Counted from the first letter of the stretch, positions 39,406-50,678 are shown. The stretch is DNA of 64,000 nt from Candidatus Latescibacterota bacterium (GCA_038279365.1 JAYODI010000008.1:1-64000); one strand, 5' to 3'. Numbers and translations: made by a program. Notes: a model not told the origin generated them from the letters alone.

Positions 39406-39508
39406 TTAGGCTCATCCAACACACCCATCATAACCAAATGCGGATAGAGCCTGTGCCCAAACCAATGTGCATTTGCTACCGATACTTTATGCCCGAAGGA
39501 AATTAAAA

Positions 39509-39997
39509 ATGCCCCAAAAACACACCATTTCAGCCCTCGTAGAAAACCATTTTGGCGTCTTGTGTCGCATTGCAGGTTTGTTCTCCAGCCGCGGGTTCAA
39601 CATCGACAGCCTATCGGTTGGTGAAACAGAAGATCCCAAAATATCCCGCATGACCATTGTGGTGCGGGGCGATGACAGCGTTTTGGAACAAGTCGTCAAA
39701 CAGCTCAACCGCCTTATAGATGTAATCCGGGTGATCGACATCACCCAAGGCACATTTATCGAGCGCGAGTTAACGCTCATCAAAGTCAAGGCCGATCCAA
39801 CCACCCGCACAGAAATCATTCAAATTGCCGAAGTGTTTCGATCCAGCATCGTCGATGTATCGTCTCACTCTCTCACCATTGAGGTCACTGGCCGCCGAGA
39901 CAAAGTACAAGCCATTATAGGCATGCTCACACCCTACGGGATTGAAGAGATTGCCCGCACAGGCACCGTAGCCTTGCTTCGTGACTCAGTATCTTAA
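39509..39997 (+). CDS. ilvN: Acetolactate synthase small (regulatory) subunit
   Basis: LVENHFGVLCRIAGLFSSRGFNIDSL, VKQLNRL and ARTG. Confidence 0.95.
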   Translation: MPQKHTISALVENHFGVLCRIAGLFSSRGFNIDSLSVGETEDPKISRMTIVVRGDDSVLEQVVKQLNRLIDVIRVIDITQGTFIERELTLIKVKADPTTRTEIIQIAEVFRSSIVDVSSHSLTIEVTGRRDKVQAIIGMLTPYGIEEIARTGTVALLRDSVS

Positions 39998-40045
39998 AAA
40001 TAACAAACTGAAATTTGTATATAAGAAACAAGGATACACAATCTT

Positions 40046-41599
40046 ATGGCAAAAACAGATAACAGCAATCGTGTCATCATCTTTGATACCACCTTACGAG
40101 ATGCCGAACAAACCCCAGGGGCATCCCTCACCGTACGTGAAAAAGTGGAAATAGCCCACCAACTTGCAAAACTCAACGTCGATGTGATAGAGGCCGGTTT
40201 TCCCATTTCATCCGATGAAGACTTTACGGCCGTTCGGCGCATAGCCCAAGAAGTAAATGGCCCCATCGTTTGCGGTCTGGCACGTGCCATAACAAAAGAC
40301 ATCGACCGTGCGGGTGAAGCACTTAAAGGCACAGCCAAACCCCGCATCCACACATTTATTGGCACCTCCCCTCATCATATTTCTATGGTGCGCAAATCAC
40401 CTGAAGATGTGCTTAAAATGGCCGTTGATGCGGTTGCACACGCCAAATCGCACTGTGAAGACATCGAATTTTCACCCATGGATGCGGCACGCACAGAACC
40501 CAATTACCTTTATGAAGTCATTGAGGCCACCATTGCTGCAGGTGCCACCACCATCAATATTCCCGACACCGTGGGATATGCCGTACCCGAACAATTTGGC
40601 GCACTGATACGCAATATTTGTGAAAAAGTACCCAATGTTGATCAAGCCATACTCAGTGTACACTGCCATGACGATTTGGGCATGGCCACCATCAATGCCC
40701 TGGCGGCTTTGACCCATGGAGCCCGCCAAGTGGAATGTACCATGAATGGCTTAGGCGAACGTGCGGGCAACACCTCCCTTGAAGAAGTGGTGATGGCCAT
40801 TGCCACACGGGGCGATTATTTTGGCCTGCACACCAACATTAAAACCACCGAAATTGTGACCACCAGCCGTTTGGTCAGCCGTCTCATGGGCATTGTTGTC
40901 CCCCCCAACAAACCCATAGTAGGTGCAAATGCCTTTGCACACAGTTCAGGAATTCATCAAGATGGCGTGCTTAAATCACGTGAAAACTTTGAAATTATGG
41001 ATCCCACATCTGTGGGTTGGACAGAATCAAGCATTGTACTGACGGCACGTTCTGGCCGCCATGCATTGCGACATCGCTTAGAAGAATTGGGCTTCAAACT
41101 CAACCAAGAAGAAATCGACCAAGCTTACGAGCGCTTTGTTAAAGTGGCCGATAAGAAAAAAGAGGTCTTTGATGAAGACCTCATGGCCATTGTTGAAGAC
41201 GAAATGCGCGACACATCGGTGCGCTACAAACTCGATTATTTGCACACCATCAGCGGTACCAGCACGGTGCCCTCGGCTACCGTTCGCCTTCTTATTGACG
41301 ATGGCACCGTGGTGCAAGAATCGGCTTGGGGTGATGGCCCTGTGGATGCAACCTTCCAGGCCATTAAAATTGCCCTCAAATCGGATGTCAAAGTAAAAGA
41401 ATATGGCATTCGGGCAATTACAAGCGGTGCAGAAGCAATGGGCGAAGTGACGGTAACCCTCACCAGTGACATAAACGAGGCCAAAGGACGCGGCATTTCA
41501 ACAGATGTGATAGAGGCAAGTGCCAAAGCCTTTTTAGATGCCCTCAATCACTTATTCGTAAAACAAAACTTTAAAAAAGAACACGAACCTACGATTTAA
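40046..41599 (+). CDS. leuA: 2-isopropylmalate synthase
   Basis: FDTTLRDAEQ, IEAGFP, HCHDD, GERAGN, HSSGIHQDG and regulatory-domain GDGPVDA. Confidence 0.93.
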   Translation: MAKTDNSNRVIIFDTTLRDAEQTPGASLTVREKVEIAHQLAKLNVDVIEAGFPISSDEDFTAVRRIAQEVNGPIVCGLARAITKDIDRAGEALKGTAKPRIHTFIGTSPHHISMVRKSPEDVLKMAVDAVAHAKSHCEDIEFSPMDAARTEPNYLYEVIEATIAAGATTINIPDTVGYAVPEQFGALIRNICEKVPNVDQAILSVHCHDDLGMATINALAALTHGARQVECTMNGLGERAGNTSLEEVVMAIATRGDYFGLHTNIKTTEIVTTSRLVSRLMGIVVPPNKPIVGANAFAHSSGIHQDGVLKSRENFEIMDPTSVGWTESSIVLTARSGRHALRHRLEELGFKLNQEEIDQAYERFVKVADKKKEVFDEDLMAIVEDEMRDTSVRYKLDYLHTISGTSTVPSATVRLLIDDGTVVQESAWGDGPVDATFQAIKIALKSDVKVKEYGIRAITSGAEAMGEVTVTLTSDINEAKGRGISTDVIEASAKAFLDALNHLFVKQNFKKEHEPTI

Positions 41600-41630
41600 T
41601 CAGCACCCACAGAGAGGATGAAAAGCGATC

Positions 41631-43034
41631 ATGGGAAAAAGCCTTTTTCATAAAGTATGGGATGCACATGCGGTGCGCACGTTGCCTTCTGGGCAAACCC
41701 AGTTGTTTATTGGCCTGCACTTGGTTCACGAAGTGACAAGCCCACAAGCATTTCAAATGCTGCGCGAGCGCAACCTCAAAGTTGCGTATCCAGACCGTAC
41801 ATTTGCCACCGTAGACCACATTGTGCCTACCCATTCGGTGGCCCGTCCATTTGCCGATGATATGGCCGAAAAAATGATGTCTGCCATTGAAGCAAATGCC
41901 AAAGAATTTGGTGTTTCCCTTTTTGATCTCGACGATGAACGCCAAGGCATCGTACATATTATTGGTCCAGAACTGGGGCTCACCCAACCCGGCATGACCA
42001 TTGCCTGTGGCGACAGCCATACATCCACACACGGCGCATTTGGTGCCATTGCATTTGGCATTGGAACATCTCAAGTTCGCGACGTGATGGCCACCCAATG
42101 CTTGGCCATGGATCCCTTAAAAGTTCGCCGTATTGAAGTGACGGGTTCATTGCAAAAAGGCGTTTATGCCAAAGATGTTATTCTCAATATCATTCGCAAC
42201 CTCGGCGTCAAGGGGGGTGTTGGTTTTGCCTACGAGTTTGCAGGGGAAACCATTGAAGGCCTCAGCATGGAAGAGCGCATGTCTATTTGCAACATGGCCA
42301 TTGAGGGCGGTGCGCGCGCAGGGTATATCAACCCAGACCAAACCACATACGACTACCTCAAAGGCCGCCCAAAATCCCCCCAAGGCGAAGCGTTTGATCG
42401 TGCGGTTGAATGGTGGAAGTCTATGGCATCAGACAAAGATGCCCATTATGACGATGTTTACCAACTCGATGGTTCTGCCCTGGCCCCCACCGTTACTTGG
42501 GGCATCACACCCGGCCAAGCCGTTTTTGTAGACGAAAAGATTCCTGCACTTACAGATTTGCAAGATGATGACCGAGATGTTGCCACAGAAGCCTATGAAT
42601 ACATGGGCTTAAAGCCCAATGCACCCATTGCGGGTATGCCCATCAATGTGGCCTTTATTGGTTCTTGCACCAACGGCCGCATATCCGACTTACGAGAAGC
42701 CGCAAAAATTGTCAAAGGCCACAAAGTTTCTCCCAAAGTAAAAGCCCTCGTGGTACCAGGGTCCAAGCAAGTGCTCAAAGCAGCTGAAGCCGAAGGGTTG
42801 CACGAAATCTTCATAGAAGCAGGGTTTGAATGGCGTGGTGCCGGATGTTCCATGTGTTTGGCCATGAACCCCGACAAATTACAAGGCCGCGAAGTCTGTG
42901 CCTCATCCAGCAACCGCAATTTTAAAGGTCGTCAGGGTAGCCCCACTGGGCGCACCCTCCTTATGAGCCCAGCAATGGTTGCCGCAGCAGCACTTGCTGG
43001 TGAAGTCACAGACGTCCGTTCATTGTTGAATTGA
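41631..43034 (+). CDS. leuC: 3-isopropylmalate dehydratase large subunit
   Basis: [27 protein letters not shown] and NRNFKGRQG. Confidence 0.97.
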   Translation: MGKSLFHKVWDAHAVRTLPSGQTQLFIGLHLVHEVTSPQAFQMLRERNLKVAYPDRTFATVDHIVPTHSVARPFADDMAEKMMSAIEANAKEFGVSLFDLDDERQGIVHIIGPELGLTQPGMTIACGDSHTSTHGAFGAIAFGIGTSQVRDVMATQCLAMDPLKVRRIEVTGSLQKGVYAKDVILNIIRNLGVKGGVGFAYEFAGETIEGLSMEERMSICNMAIEGGARAGYINPDQTTYDYLKGRPKSPQGEAFDRAVEWWKSMASDKDAHYDDVYQLDGSALAPTVTWGITPGQAVFVDEKIPALTDLQDDDRDVATEAYEYMGLKPNAPIAGMPINVAFIGSCTNGRISDLREAAKIVKGHKVSPKVKALVVPGSKQVLKAAEAEGLHEIFIEAGFEWRGAGCSMCLAMNPDKLQGREVCASSSNRNFKGRQGSPTGRTLLMSPAMVAAAALAGEVTDVRSLLN

Positions 43035-43044
43035 GAGGTTAATT

Positions 43045-43644
43045 ATGAGTAAAATCGTTTCGATGATACAATCTATCGACGGTCGTGGCATTCCAGTGCG
43101 CGGCAACGACATTGACACAGATCGCATCATACCTGCCCGATATTTGCGAGCCATTACCTTTGAAGGTTTGGGTGAGCATGCATTTGAAGATGATCGCAAA
43201 TCGGACCCCAACCACCCCTTTGACAAAGCACAATATCAAGGGGCGAAAGTGCTCATTGTCAATGGCAACTTTGGGTGTGGTTCATCGCGCGAACACGCTC
43301 CTCAAGCCCTCCAAAAATGGGGCATTGAAGCCATAATAGGTGAATCGTTTGCCGAAATTTTCCAAGGCAACTGCACGGCCATGGGCGTTCCGTGTTTAAC
43401 GGCTCCAGCCGCCGACATTGCCAAAATTCAGAATGCCGTTACAAATAACCCACAACAAGAAATGACTGTGGATCTTAAAACCCGCAAATTGACCTGCGGA
43501 GATCTCGAAATTGACTTAAAAATTCCAGACGGAAACCGCCTGCAACTCATAGAAGGTGCGTGGGATGCCACAGGCATGTTATTAGAAGGTCAAGATGCAG
43601 TAAAAGATATCGCCCAAAAACTACCTTATGTATCAGGCTTTTAA
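43045..43644 (+). CDS. leuD: 3-isopropylmalate dehydratase small subunit
   Basis: DIDTDRIIPA and NFGCGSSREHAP. Confidence 0.97.
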   Translation: MSKIVSMIQSIDGRGIPVRGNDIDTDRIIPARYLRAITFEGLGEHAFEDDRKSDPNHPFDKAQYQGAKVLIVNGNFGCGSSREHAPQALQKWGIEAIIGESFAEIFQGNCTAMGVPCLTAPAADIAKIQNAVTNNPQQEMTVDLKTRKLTCGDLEIDLKIPDGNRLQLIEGAWDATGMLLEGQDAVKDIAQKLPYVSGF

Positions 43645-43649
43645 ACCTT

Positions 43650-43676
43650 AAGGCCTGCAAATGCAGGCCTTTTTTT
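43650..43676 (+). terminator. Intrinsic terminator after leuD
   Basis: AAGGCCTGCA-AA-TGCAGGCCTTTTTTT. Confidence 0.85.
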
Positions 43677-43886
43677 GAATCTATCACGATTATGCATACA
43701 CACACAACCACAGACAGGAGCCATCATCCGGGCGATCATCAACGCCCGGTGGCCATTGGGTTGGGAAATAAGGCGCTTGCACACAAACACGTGGGTGTTT
43801 TATAAAATTTATCCGTCACAATCCTTTCTGTTCGGATAAACGACACCCTGTTTTCCCTTTAAATAACCCAACCAAAAGGAATAACC

Positions 43887-45485
43887 ATGTCTGAATTTGT
43901 ACAAATATATGATTCTACACTCCGCGATGGCGCACAGGCAGAAGGCATCTCTTTTTCTGTTGAAGACAAAGTGATGATTGCCCAAAAGCTTGATAATTTG
44001 GGTGTACATTACATCGAAGGCGGTTGGCCAAATCCAACCAATCCCAAAGACCTCGAGTTTTTTCAACGTGCCCTCGATATGGAATTTAAAAATGCCAAAA
44101 TCGCCGCCTTTGGCAGTACGCGCAGAGCCAACAACCCACCCGAAGATGATGCCACCTTGACCACCTTGCTCAAAGCAGGCACCAAAGTCACCACCATTTT
44201 TGGCAAAACGTGGACATTGCACGTCACCGATGCATTGCGCATCACCTTAGATGAAAACTTGCAAATCATTGAAGATTCGTGCGCGTGGTTAAAAGAAAAT
44301 GGTCGTGAAGTCGTCTATGATGCCGAACATTTTTTTGATGGTTACAAAGCAGACCCAGTTTATGCCCTAAACACCCTTTTGGCAGCCCAAGAGGGTGGCG
44401 CAGAAATTCTCGTTTTGTGCGACACCAATGGGGGCACAATGCCTTCAGAAGTACGCAGCATCATCCAAGCCATCCAACCCAAGCTCAACGTGCCATTGGG
44501 TATCCATACCCACAACGACGCGGGCATGGCCGTGGCCAACAGCATTATGGCCCTTGAATTGGGTGCCATTCAGGTGCAAGGTACCTTCAATGGATATGGC
44601 GAACGATGTGGCAATGCCAATTTGTGCTCGGTGATCCCCAACGTCGAATTAAAACTTGAAAAAAAATCCATTGGTGCCGAAAATCTGACCAAGCTCATGG
44701 AATTGTCGCGGTTTATCAGTGAAATTGCCAATGTGTATCACGATCACAGACAGCCCTATGTGGGTGAAAGTGCCTTTGCGCACAAAGGTGGGGTGCATAT
44801 CGACGCCATGATGAAACAACCCGCGACCTATGAGCATTGTGATGCAACAGCCGTTGGCAACCAACGCAGGTTTTTACTTTCAGAGCAATCTGGAGGCGCA
44901 ACAATTGCGGCCAAACTCGATCATTTAATTCCTGGCTTAGACAAACGCCACCCCACCGTTCAAAAACTGTTGCAACAAATCAAACAGCTTGAGCACGAGG
45001 GCTATGTTTTTGAGGCCGCTGAAGCATCTTTCGAAATTTTGGCGCGACGCGTTTTGGGCACCATCCGCTCTCCGTTCAAATTGATCAACTACCGCACATT
45101 TAACCACCGATCCACGCGCAGCAGCGAAGTGGAAGCCATTGTTAAAATTGAAATCGAAGGAAAAGTTTATCACACAGCAGGCGATGGTGATGGCCCAGTT
45201 AATGCATTGGATGCTGCGCTTCGCCAGGCCTTAGAGCAGGTCTATCCCTCACTTAAAGATGTCCATCTCGAAGACTATAAAGTGCGCGTACTCTCAAGCG
45301 AAGATGGCACCGCTGCCAAAGTGCGTGTGCTTATTGAGTCTTCAGACCGCAAACGCGTTTGGAGCACCGTAGGTGTATCCGAAAATATTATTGAAGCCAG
45401 TTGGATCGCATTGGTAGATAGTTTTACATTCAAACTCATGCGCGACGGTTTGATTACCGTCAAAACAGAACCCCTGACAGTCTGA
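43887..45485 (+). CDS. cimA: Citramalate synthase
   Basis: TLRDGAQAEG, YIEGGWP, AAFGSTRR, DAEHFFDG, AHKGGVH and DYKVRV. Confidence 0.92.
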   Translation: MSEFVQIYDSTLRDGAQAEGISFSVEDKVMIAQKLDNLGVHYIEGGWPNPTNPKDLEFFQRALDMEFKNAKIAAFGSTRRANNPPEDDATLTTLLKAGTKVTTIFGKTWTLHVTDALRITLDENLQIIEDSCAWLKENGREVVYDAEHFFDGYKADPVYALNTLLAAQEGGAEILVLCDTNGGTMPSEVRSIIQAIQPKLNVPLGIHTHNDAGMAVANSIMALELGAIQVQGTFNGYGERCGNANLCSVIPNVELKLEKKSIGAENLTKLMELSRFISEIANVYHDHRQPYVGESAFAHKGGVHIDAMMKQPATYEHCDATAVGNQRRFLLSEQSGGATIAAKLDHLIPGLDKRHPTVQKLLQQIKQLEHEGYVFEAAEASFEILARRVLGTIRSPFKLINYRTFNHRSTRSSEVEAIVKIEIEGKVYHTAGDGDGPVNALDAALRQALEQVYPSLKDVHLEDYKVRVLSSEDGTAAKVRVLIESSDRKRVWSTVGVSENIIEASWIALVDSFTFKLMRDGLITVKTEPLTV

Positions 45486-45506
45486 CCCTTATTCAACGAG
45501 AAAAAC

Positions 45507-46679
45507 ATGCAAATCAACTCCCGCCGCATTGACCGGCTCCCACCTTACGTTTTTCACCAAGTAAATGCACGCAAAATGCAATTGCGTCGCAAAGGCGTAG
45601 ACATTATAGACTTGGGCATGGGCAATCCTGACCAACCCACGCCCCAACACATCGTAGACAAATTGCTCGAAGTGGTTCAAGACCCCACCACCCATGGGTA
45701 TTCACCTTCGGCAGGTATTCCAGGCCTAAGACGCGCCATTTGCCGACATTACAAGCGAAAATTTGACGTCGATTTGGACCCAGATACAGAAGCCATTGTA
45801 ACCATTGGCTCCAAAGAAGGCTTGGCACATATTTGTTTGGCATTGCTCGACCCAGGTGATTTGGCCATTGTACCCAACCCCGCTTACCCACTTCACATGT
45901 ATGGGGTTGCCATAGCCAATGGCAATGTGCTCAGCTTGCCTTTGCGGCCAGACAAAAATTTTATACCCGATTTGCAAATGATGTCCAAAGAACTGTGGCC
46001 CAAACCCAAAGTTATGATCTTTAACTTTCCACACAATCCCACCACTGCAACCGTGGACATCTCTTTCTTTGAAGAATTGGTCGATTTTGCACGTCGGCAA
46101 GACATCATCATTATTCACGACATGGCTTATTCAGACATCGCCTACGATGGTTTTAAAGTACCCAGCTTGCTTCAAGTCAAAGGGGCCAAAGAAATAGGTG
46201 TCGAGTTCTACACCATGTCCAAATCTTACAACATGGCCGGTTGGCGTGTAGGATTTTGCCTGGGCAACCCCGATGTCATCAAAGCCTTGTCCATCATCAA
46301 AAACTACTACGACTACGGCGTTTTCACCCCCATTCAAGTTGCAGCCATCTCCGCTTTAGATGGGCCACAAGACTGTGTCCGTGAAGCAACAGCCATGTAT
46401 CAGGGACGGCGCGACACCCTTGTGGATGGTCTCAATCGCATCGGTTGGCCCGTAAACAGCCCCAAAGCCTCCATGTTTGTTTGGGCAGAAATTCCTGAAA
46501 AATACAAGCACCTTGGGTCTATGAACTTTGCCCTCAAGCTTATGGAAGAATCTGAAATTGCAGTGGCACCCGGTATAGGATTTGGAGATCAGGGTGAAGG
46601 ATATGTGCGTATCTCTTTGGTCGAAAATGAACATCGTATTCGTCAAGCCGTGCGCAACATCAAACGCTCACTGTTTTAG
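45507..46679 (+). CDS. alaC: Class I aminotransferase, AlaC / LL-DAP aminotransferase-like
   Basis: RIDRLPPYVF, DLGMGNPD, TIGSKEGLAH and SKSYNMAGWRVG. Confidence 0.7.
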   Translation: MQINSRRIDRLPPYVFHQVNARKMQLRRKGVDIIDLGMGNPDQPTPQHIVDKLLEVVQDPTTHGYSPSAGIPGLRRAICRHYKRKFDVDLDPDTEAIVTIGSKEGLAHICLALLDPGDLAIVPNPAYPLHMYGVAIANGNVLSLPLRPDKNFIPDLQMMSKELWPKPKVMIFNFPHNPTTATVDISFFEELVDFARRQDIIIIHDMAYSDIAYDGFKVPSLLQVKGAKEIGVEFYTMSKSYNMAGWRVGFCLGNPDVIKALSIIKNYYDYGVFTPIQVAAISALDGPQDCVREATAMYQGRRDTLVDGLNRIGWPVNSPKASMFVWAEIPEKYKHLGSMNFALKLMEESEIAVAPGIGFGDQGEGYVRISLVENEHRIRQAVRNIKRSLF

Positions 46680-46742
46680 CATTTAATCCATGCATCAACT
46701 GCACCCACTCATCATCTTGTGCCATTTTCATCGAGGTGTATC

Positions 46743-47939
46743 GTGAACATAACCGAAGGCAGCATCCACCCACCCAAAGGCTTTAAAGCTATTGGCATAC
46801 ACTGTGGCCTCAAACCCAACGAAGCCAAAGATTTTGCAATGATCGTTTCTGATCGCCCCGCCACAGCAGCCGGCACCTTCACAACCAACCGTGTATATGC
46901 TGCTCCGGTTGCGGTCAATCGCGAACATTTGAAAAATGGCCGGGCGCAAGCCATAGTTGTCAACAGCAAAAATGCCAATGCCTGTACGGGTGAACAAGGC
47001 ATGGCAGATGCACGCCAAACCGCCAAATGGGTTGCTGAAAAAGTAGGATGCCCCGCCGAAGATGTGCTGATCAACTCCACGGGTGTCATAGGGGTACCCT
47101 TGCCTTTAGATAAAATTAAACATGGTATTGAAACCGCATTTCCTGCCCTTAGGGACAATGGCTGGGAGGATGCATCACAGGCCATTATGACAACCGATAC
47201 AGTGCCCAAAAAGGCAACGTTACAACTCTCATTGGGTGGCAAAACCATTACCATCTCTGGCATCGCCAAAGGTGCTGGCATGATTGCGCCCAACATGGCC
47301 ACCATGCTCTCTTTTATCGCCACCGATGCCAAGCTTTCAGCCCAACAAACACAGTCTGTACTTAAAAAAGCCGTCGTTCAGTCATTTAACTGCATCACGG
47401 TAGATGGTGACATGAGCACCAACGACACCGTGCTCTTTTTGGCCAATGGCGCAGCCGAAAACAACGACCTCTCCGAATCCGAAATTGAAACATTCCAAAC
47501 CGCTCTCAACGGTGTGTGTGAAAGCTTGGCCAAGCAAATTGCACGCGATGGCGAAGGGGCCACCAAACTTATTACCATTCACGTAACAAATGCCTCTACA
47601 TTTGACAATGCACGCACCATTGGCCTTTCGGTAGCCAATTCAAGCTTGGTCAAAACCGCCGTCTTTGGTCGCGACCCCAATTGGGGCCGTATTTTGTGTG
47701 CCGTAGGTTATGCAGGTGTCGATATTGATCCACAAAAAGTAACGGTTTCTATGGCGGGTATCCCCATTTATGGAAATGGGGGTGGCCTTCCCTTTGATAA
47801 AAAACAAGCCATTGAAGCCCTTGGGGCCTCAAACATCGACATCGACATTGCCCTCAACAACGGTGACGCCTCAGCAACGCTTTACACCTGTGACCTCACC
47901 TACGAATACATTCGCGTCAATGCCGAATACACCACCTAA
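46743..47939 (+). CDS. argJ: Ornithine acetyltransferase / N-acetylglutamate synthase
   Basis: NANACTG, STGVIG, IMTTDT, KGAGMIAPNMATML and DGEGATK. GTG start after GAGGTG. Confidence 0.96.
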   Translation: MNITEGSIHPPKGFKAIGIHCGLKPNEAKDFAMIVSDRPATAAGTFTTNRVYAAPVAVNREHLKNGRAQAIVVNSKNANACTGEQGMADARQTAKWVAEKVGCPAEDVLINSTGVIGVPLPLDKIKHGIETAFPALRDNGWEDASQAIMTTDTVPKKATLQLSLGGKTITISGIAKGAGMIAPNMATMLSFIATDAKLSAQQTQSVLKKAVVQSFNCITVDGDMSTNDTVLFLANGAAENNDLSESEIETFQTALNGVCESLAKQIARDGEGATKLITIHVTNASTFDNARTIGLSVANSSLVKTAVFGRDPNWGRILCAVGYAGVDIDPQKVTVSMAGIPIYGNGGGLPFDKKQAIEALGASNIDIDIALNNGDASATLYTCDLTYEYIRVNAEYTT

Positions 47940-47964
47940 CCCTTTTTTAATTTCTAATAGCCCT

Positions 47965-49161
47965 ATGTCCTTTGCCCAACGCGTCTTAAACATTCAAGCT
48001 TCCGCCACTGTCGCAGCATTTGCACGAGCAGGCGAACTCAAACGCCAAGGAATCGACCTCGTTTCCCTTGTGGCTGGCGAACCCGACTTCGACACCCCCG
48101 AACACATTCAAAATGCGGGTATCGAAGCCATTCGCCAAGGTAAAACCAGATACACAAACCCCGCTTCTGGCATCCCCGAACTAAAAGAAGCCATTTGTAA
48201 CAAGCTCCAAAAAGACAACGGCTTATCATATACGCCCCAACAAATCATTGTCACGTGTGGGGCAAAACAAACGATTTTTGACGCCATTGTCGTTTTAATA
48301 GAAGAAGGCGATGAAGTCATTATTCCTGCGCCTTATTGGACAAGCTACTCAGACCAAGTCCGCCTCATGGGGGGGCATCCTGTCATTATCCCCACAGAGG
48401 CCAGTCGTAACTTTTGTATGACTGCGCGCCAGTTGCAAGAAGCCATAACACCCCGCACAAAAATGGTGATGCTGAATAGCCCTTGCAATCCAACGGGTGG
48501 CGTTTATACGAGAAACGAATTACATGCACTTGCCGATGTAATTGCCAGTGCTGGTATTTATGTCATTACAGATGAGATCTACGAAAAATTGCTCTATGAT
48601 GGTGCCGAACATGTTTCCATAGCCACCTTGTTGCCTGAACTCATGGACAAAACCCTTACGGTTAATGGCGTTTCCAAAGCATATGCCATGACCGGTTGGC
48701 GCGTGGGATATGGTGCTGGCCCCCAAGCCTTAATCACCCATATGATCAAAATACAAAGCCAAGAAACCACCAACACCTGCAGCATCTCCCAATACGCTGC
48801 ACTGGCCGCACTCAATGGCCCTCAAGATTGTGTTGAAACCATGCGGGTCGCGTTTGAAAAACGGCGTGATCAATTTGTTGATGGCCTCAATGCCATACCC
48901 GGTTTTCAATGCCCCACACCACAAGGGGCTTTTTATGCCTTTCCCGATGTCACCCAACTTATTGGCAAGTCAAGTGCTTGGGGCAAAATCAACTCCGATA
49001 TAGATCTTTGTAATTTTTTACTCGATGAAGCGCGCGTAGCCTGTGTGCCAGGAGCAGGTTTTGGAACCATGAACTATTTGCGCTTTTCGTATGCCGCATC
49101 TTCCCAAGACTTACAAGAAGCTCTAAGTCGTATCAAAACAGCCATTACCCAATTGAACTGA
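47965..49161 (+). CDS. Class I PLP aminotransferase (AspB-type aspartate aminotransferase)
   Basis: [22 protein letters not shown] and [12 protein letters not shown]. Start at MSFAQR. Confidence 0.88.
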   Translation: MSFAQRVLNIQASATVAAFARAGELKRQGIDLVSLVAGEPDFDTPEHIQNAGIEAIRQGKTRYTNPASGIPELKEAICNKLQKDNGLSYTPQQIIVTCGAKQTIFDAIVVLIEEGDEVIIPAPYWTSYSDQVRLMGGHPVIIPTEASRNFCMTARQLQEAITPRTKMVMLNSPCNPTGGVYTRNELHALADVIASAGIYVITDEIYEKLLYDGAEHVSIATLLPELMDKTLTVNGVSKAYAMTGWRVGYGAGPQALITHMIKIQSQETTNTCSISQYAALAALNGPQDCVETMRVAFEKRRDQFVDGLNAIPGFQCPTPQGAFYAFPDVTQLIGKSSAWGKINSDIDLCNFLLDEARVACVPGAGFGTMNYLRFSYAASSQDLQEALSRIKTAITQLN

Positions 49162-49171
49162 GAGCCCCAAC

Positions 49172-50134
49172 ATGAACGATGCCCCATACCTCGACTTTGA
49201 ACAGCCCCTCAAAGATATTGATGAAAAAATTCAAGCCCTACAAGCACAAGCTGAGGCCGAAAACCTCGACATGTCTGAAGAAATTCAGGCACTAAAAGAC
49301 AAACGCGCAAAAACAGAGCATGATATTTTTGACAATTTGACACGTTGGCAAAAATATCAATTGGCTCGCCACCCACAGCGCCCCTACTCATTAGATTACA
49401 TTGCACATTGTTTAACAGACTTTGTAGAACTCCATGGCGATCGCTTTTACGGTGATGACCAAGCCATTGTTGGAGGTCTTGCCAAACTCGACGGTGAACC
49501 CATTGTGGTTATTGGGCAACAAAAAGGACGCAACACCAAAGAAAACCTCAAAAGGAACTTCGGTCTGCCCCATCCAGAAGGATATCGCAAAGCATTGCGC
49601 CTCATGCGTTTGGCTGCCAAATTTAACCGACCGATTTTAACGCTCATTGATACGCCTGGGGCTTTTCCTGGTTTGGCTTCTGAACAAAGAAGCGTCTCTG
49701 AAGCCATTGCACGTAACTTGGTTGAAATGGCACGGTTGCCAGTACCTATTATTGTGGTCATTATTGGTGAAGGGGCAAGCGGGGGTGCATTGGGTATTGG
49801 TGTAGGTGATCGCATTCTCATGCTTGAAAATGCGTGGTACTCTGTTATCAATCCAGAATCCTGCTCACTCATCTTATGGCGCAATCGCGATCAAAAAACA
49901 GTGGCAGCCGAAGCCATGAAAATTGCCGCTGAAGACCTCATAGAACTAAAGGTCATTGATCGCATTGTTCCTGAACCATTTGGTGGTGCCCATCGCAATC
50001 ATCAAGAAGCAGCCAAAAATTTAAAAGCGGAAATCATTAACGCACTCAAAGAAATTCGCAAAATTCCCATATCCAATCTTACAAAGTTACGCGTTGAAAA
50101 ATTTGCACAAATGGGTGCTTGGGAAGCAGAATAA
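49172..50134 (+). CDS. accA: Acetyl-CoA carboxylase carboxyltransferase subunit alpha
   Basis: ARHPQRP, ELHGDR, PEGYRKA, IDTPGA and [10 protein letters not shown]. Confidence 0.97.
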   Translation: MNDAPYLDFEQPLKDIDEKIQALQAQAEAENLDMSEEIQALKDKRAKTEHDIFDNLTRWQKYQLARHPQRPYSLDYIAHCLTDFVELHGDRFYGDDQAIVGGLAKLDGEPIVVIGQQKGRNTKENLKRNFGLPHPEGYRKALRLMRLAAKFNRPILTLIDTPGAFPGLASEQRSVSEAIARNLVEMARLPVPIIVVIIGEGASGGALGIGVGDRILMLENAWYSVINPESCSLILWRNRDQKTVAAEAMKIAAEDLIELKVIDRIVPEPFGGAHRNHQEAAKNLKAEIINALKEIRKIPISNLTKLRVEKFAQMGAWEAE

Positions 50135-50205
50135 CGCCCACAGTGTTCTATACAAATATGAACACCACACATTCAATTATTCAGATTTTCAGAATTACAT
50201 ACACC

Positions 50206-50252
50206 AAAAAAAAATTTGGTACTTCTGTTTTTAGAAGTACCAAATTTTTTTT
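50206..50252. terminator. Terminator-like long inverted repeat after accA
   Basis: AAAAAAAATTTGGTACTTCT-GTTTTT-AGAAGTACCAAATTTTTTTT. Confidence 0.75.
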
Positions 50253-50331
50253 ATGGTCACCAATACGCTTAAGTTTCAAGACCTTATTTACATTGCGCAC
50301 AGTCGCGTGACAAATTCGCATAAATAAGTGC

Positions 50332-50360
50332 TTGACTCCCCCTTCCCAGCCGTATATATT
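50332..50360 (+). promoter_or_regulatory. Near-consensus sigma70 promoter with no downstream protein gene
   Basis: TTGACT-17-TATATT. Confidence 0.7.
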
Positions 50361-50678
50361 CTACTTGTGATTTGCAGACATAACATGTCGTATCTCGCAT
50401 ATTTTAAATACATTTACAACATTTTTTTACTTGGTATTTCTGTGTCCAAAACTTAAGGTTCGGTACTCGGATTGTACGATTCAAAATGTTGTATTTGAAA
50501 GCATTTCACACACCGATTTATCATTCATAAAAATGCCATAAGTGAAAGTATCCCACGCTTTTGCGCCAACGGAAAATTTGAAAATAACGATCATTTTCAT
50601 CTCAAATTCCCCCAGTTTTTCGTGGCTGGCTTTTTTCAAAAAAAGTAAATTTATAGACACCCATAGCAAGTTCGGTTC

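Noticed and set aside
43692..43805. Thr/His-rich short ORF and hairpin CCGGGCG/CGCCCGG before cimA as an attenuator
   Set aside because: It lies upstream of or overlaps the likely cimA promoter (TTGCAC...TATAAAAT), has no SD, no Ile-codon cluster and no terminator downstream.
47770..47964. N-terminal extension of the aminotransferase overlapping argJ (similar extensions on aspC, the oxidoreductase, ispG and rpsU)
   Set aside because: Artefacts of longest-ORF calling; family homology and SD sites indicate downstream starts.
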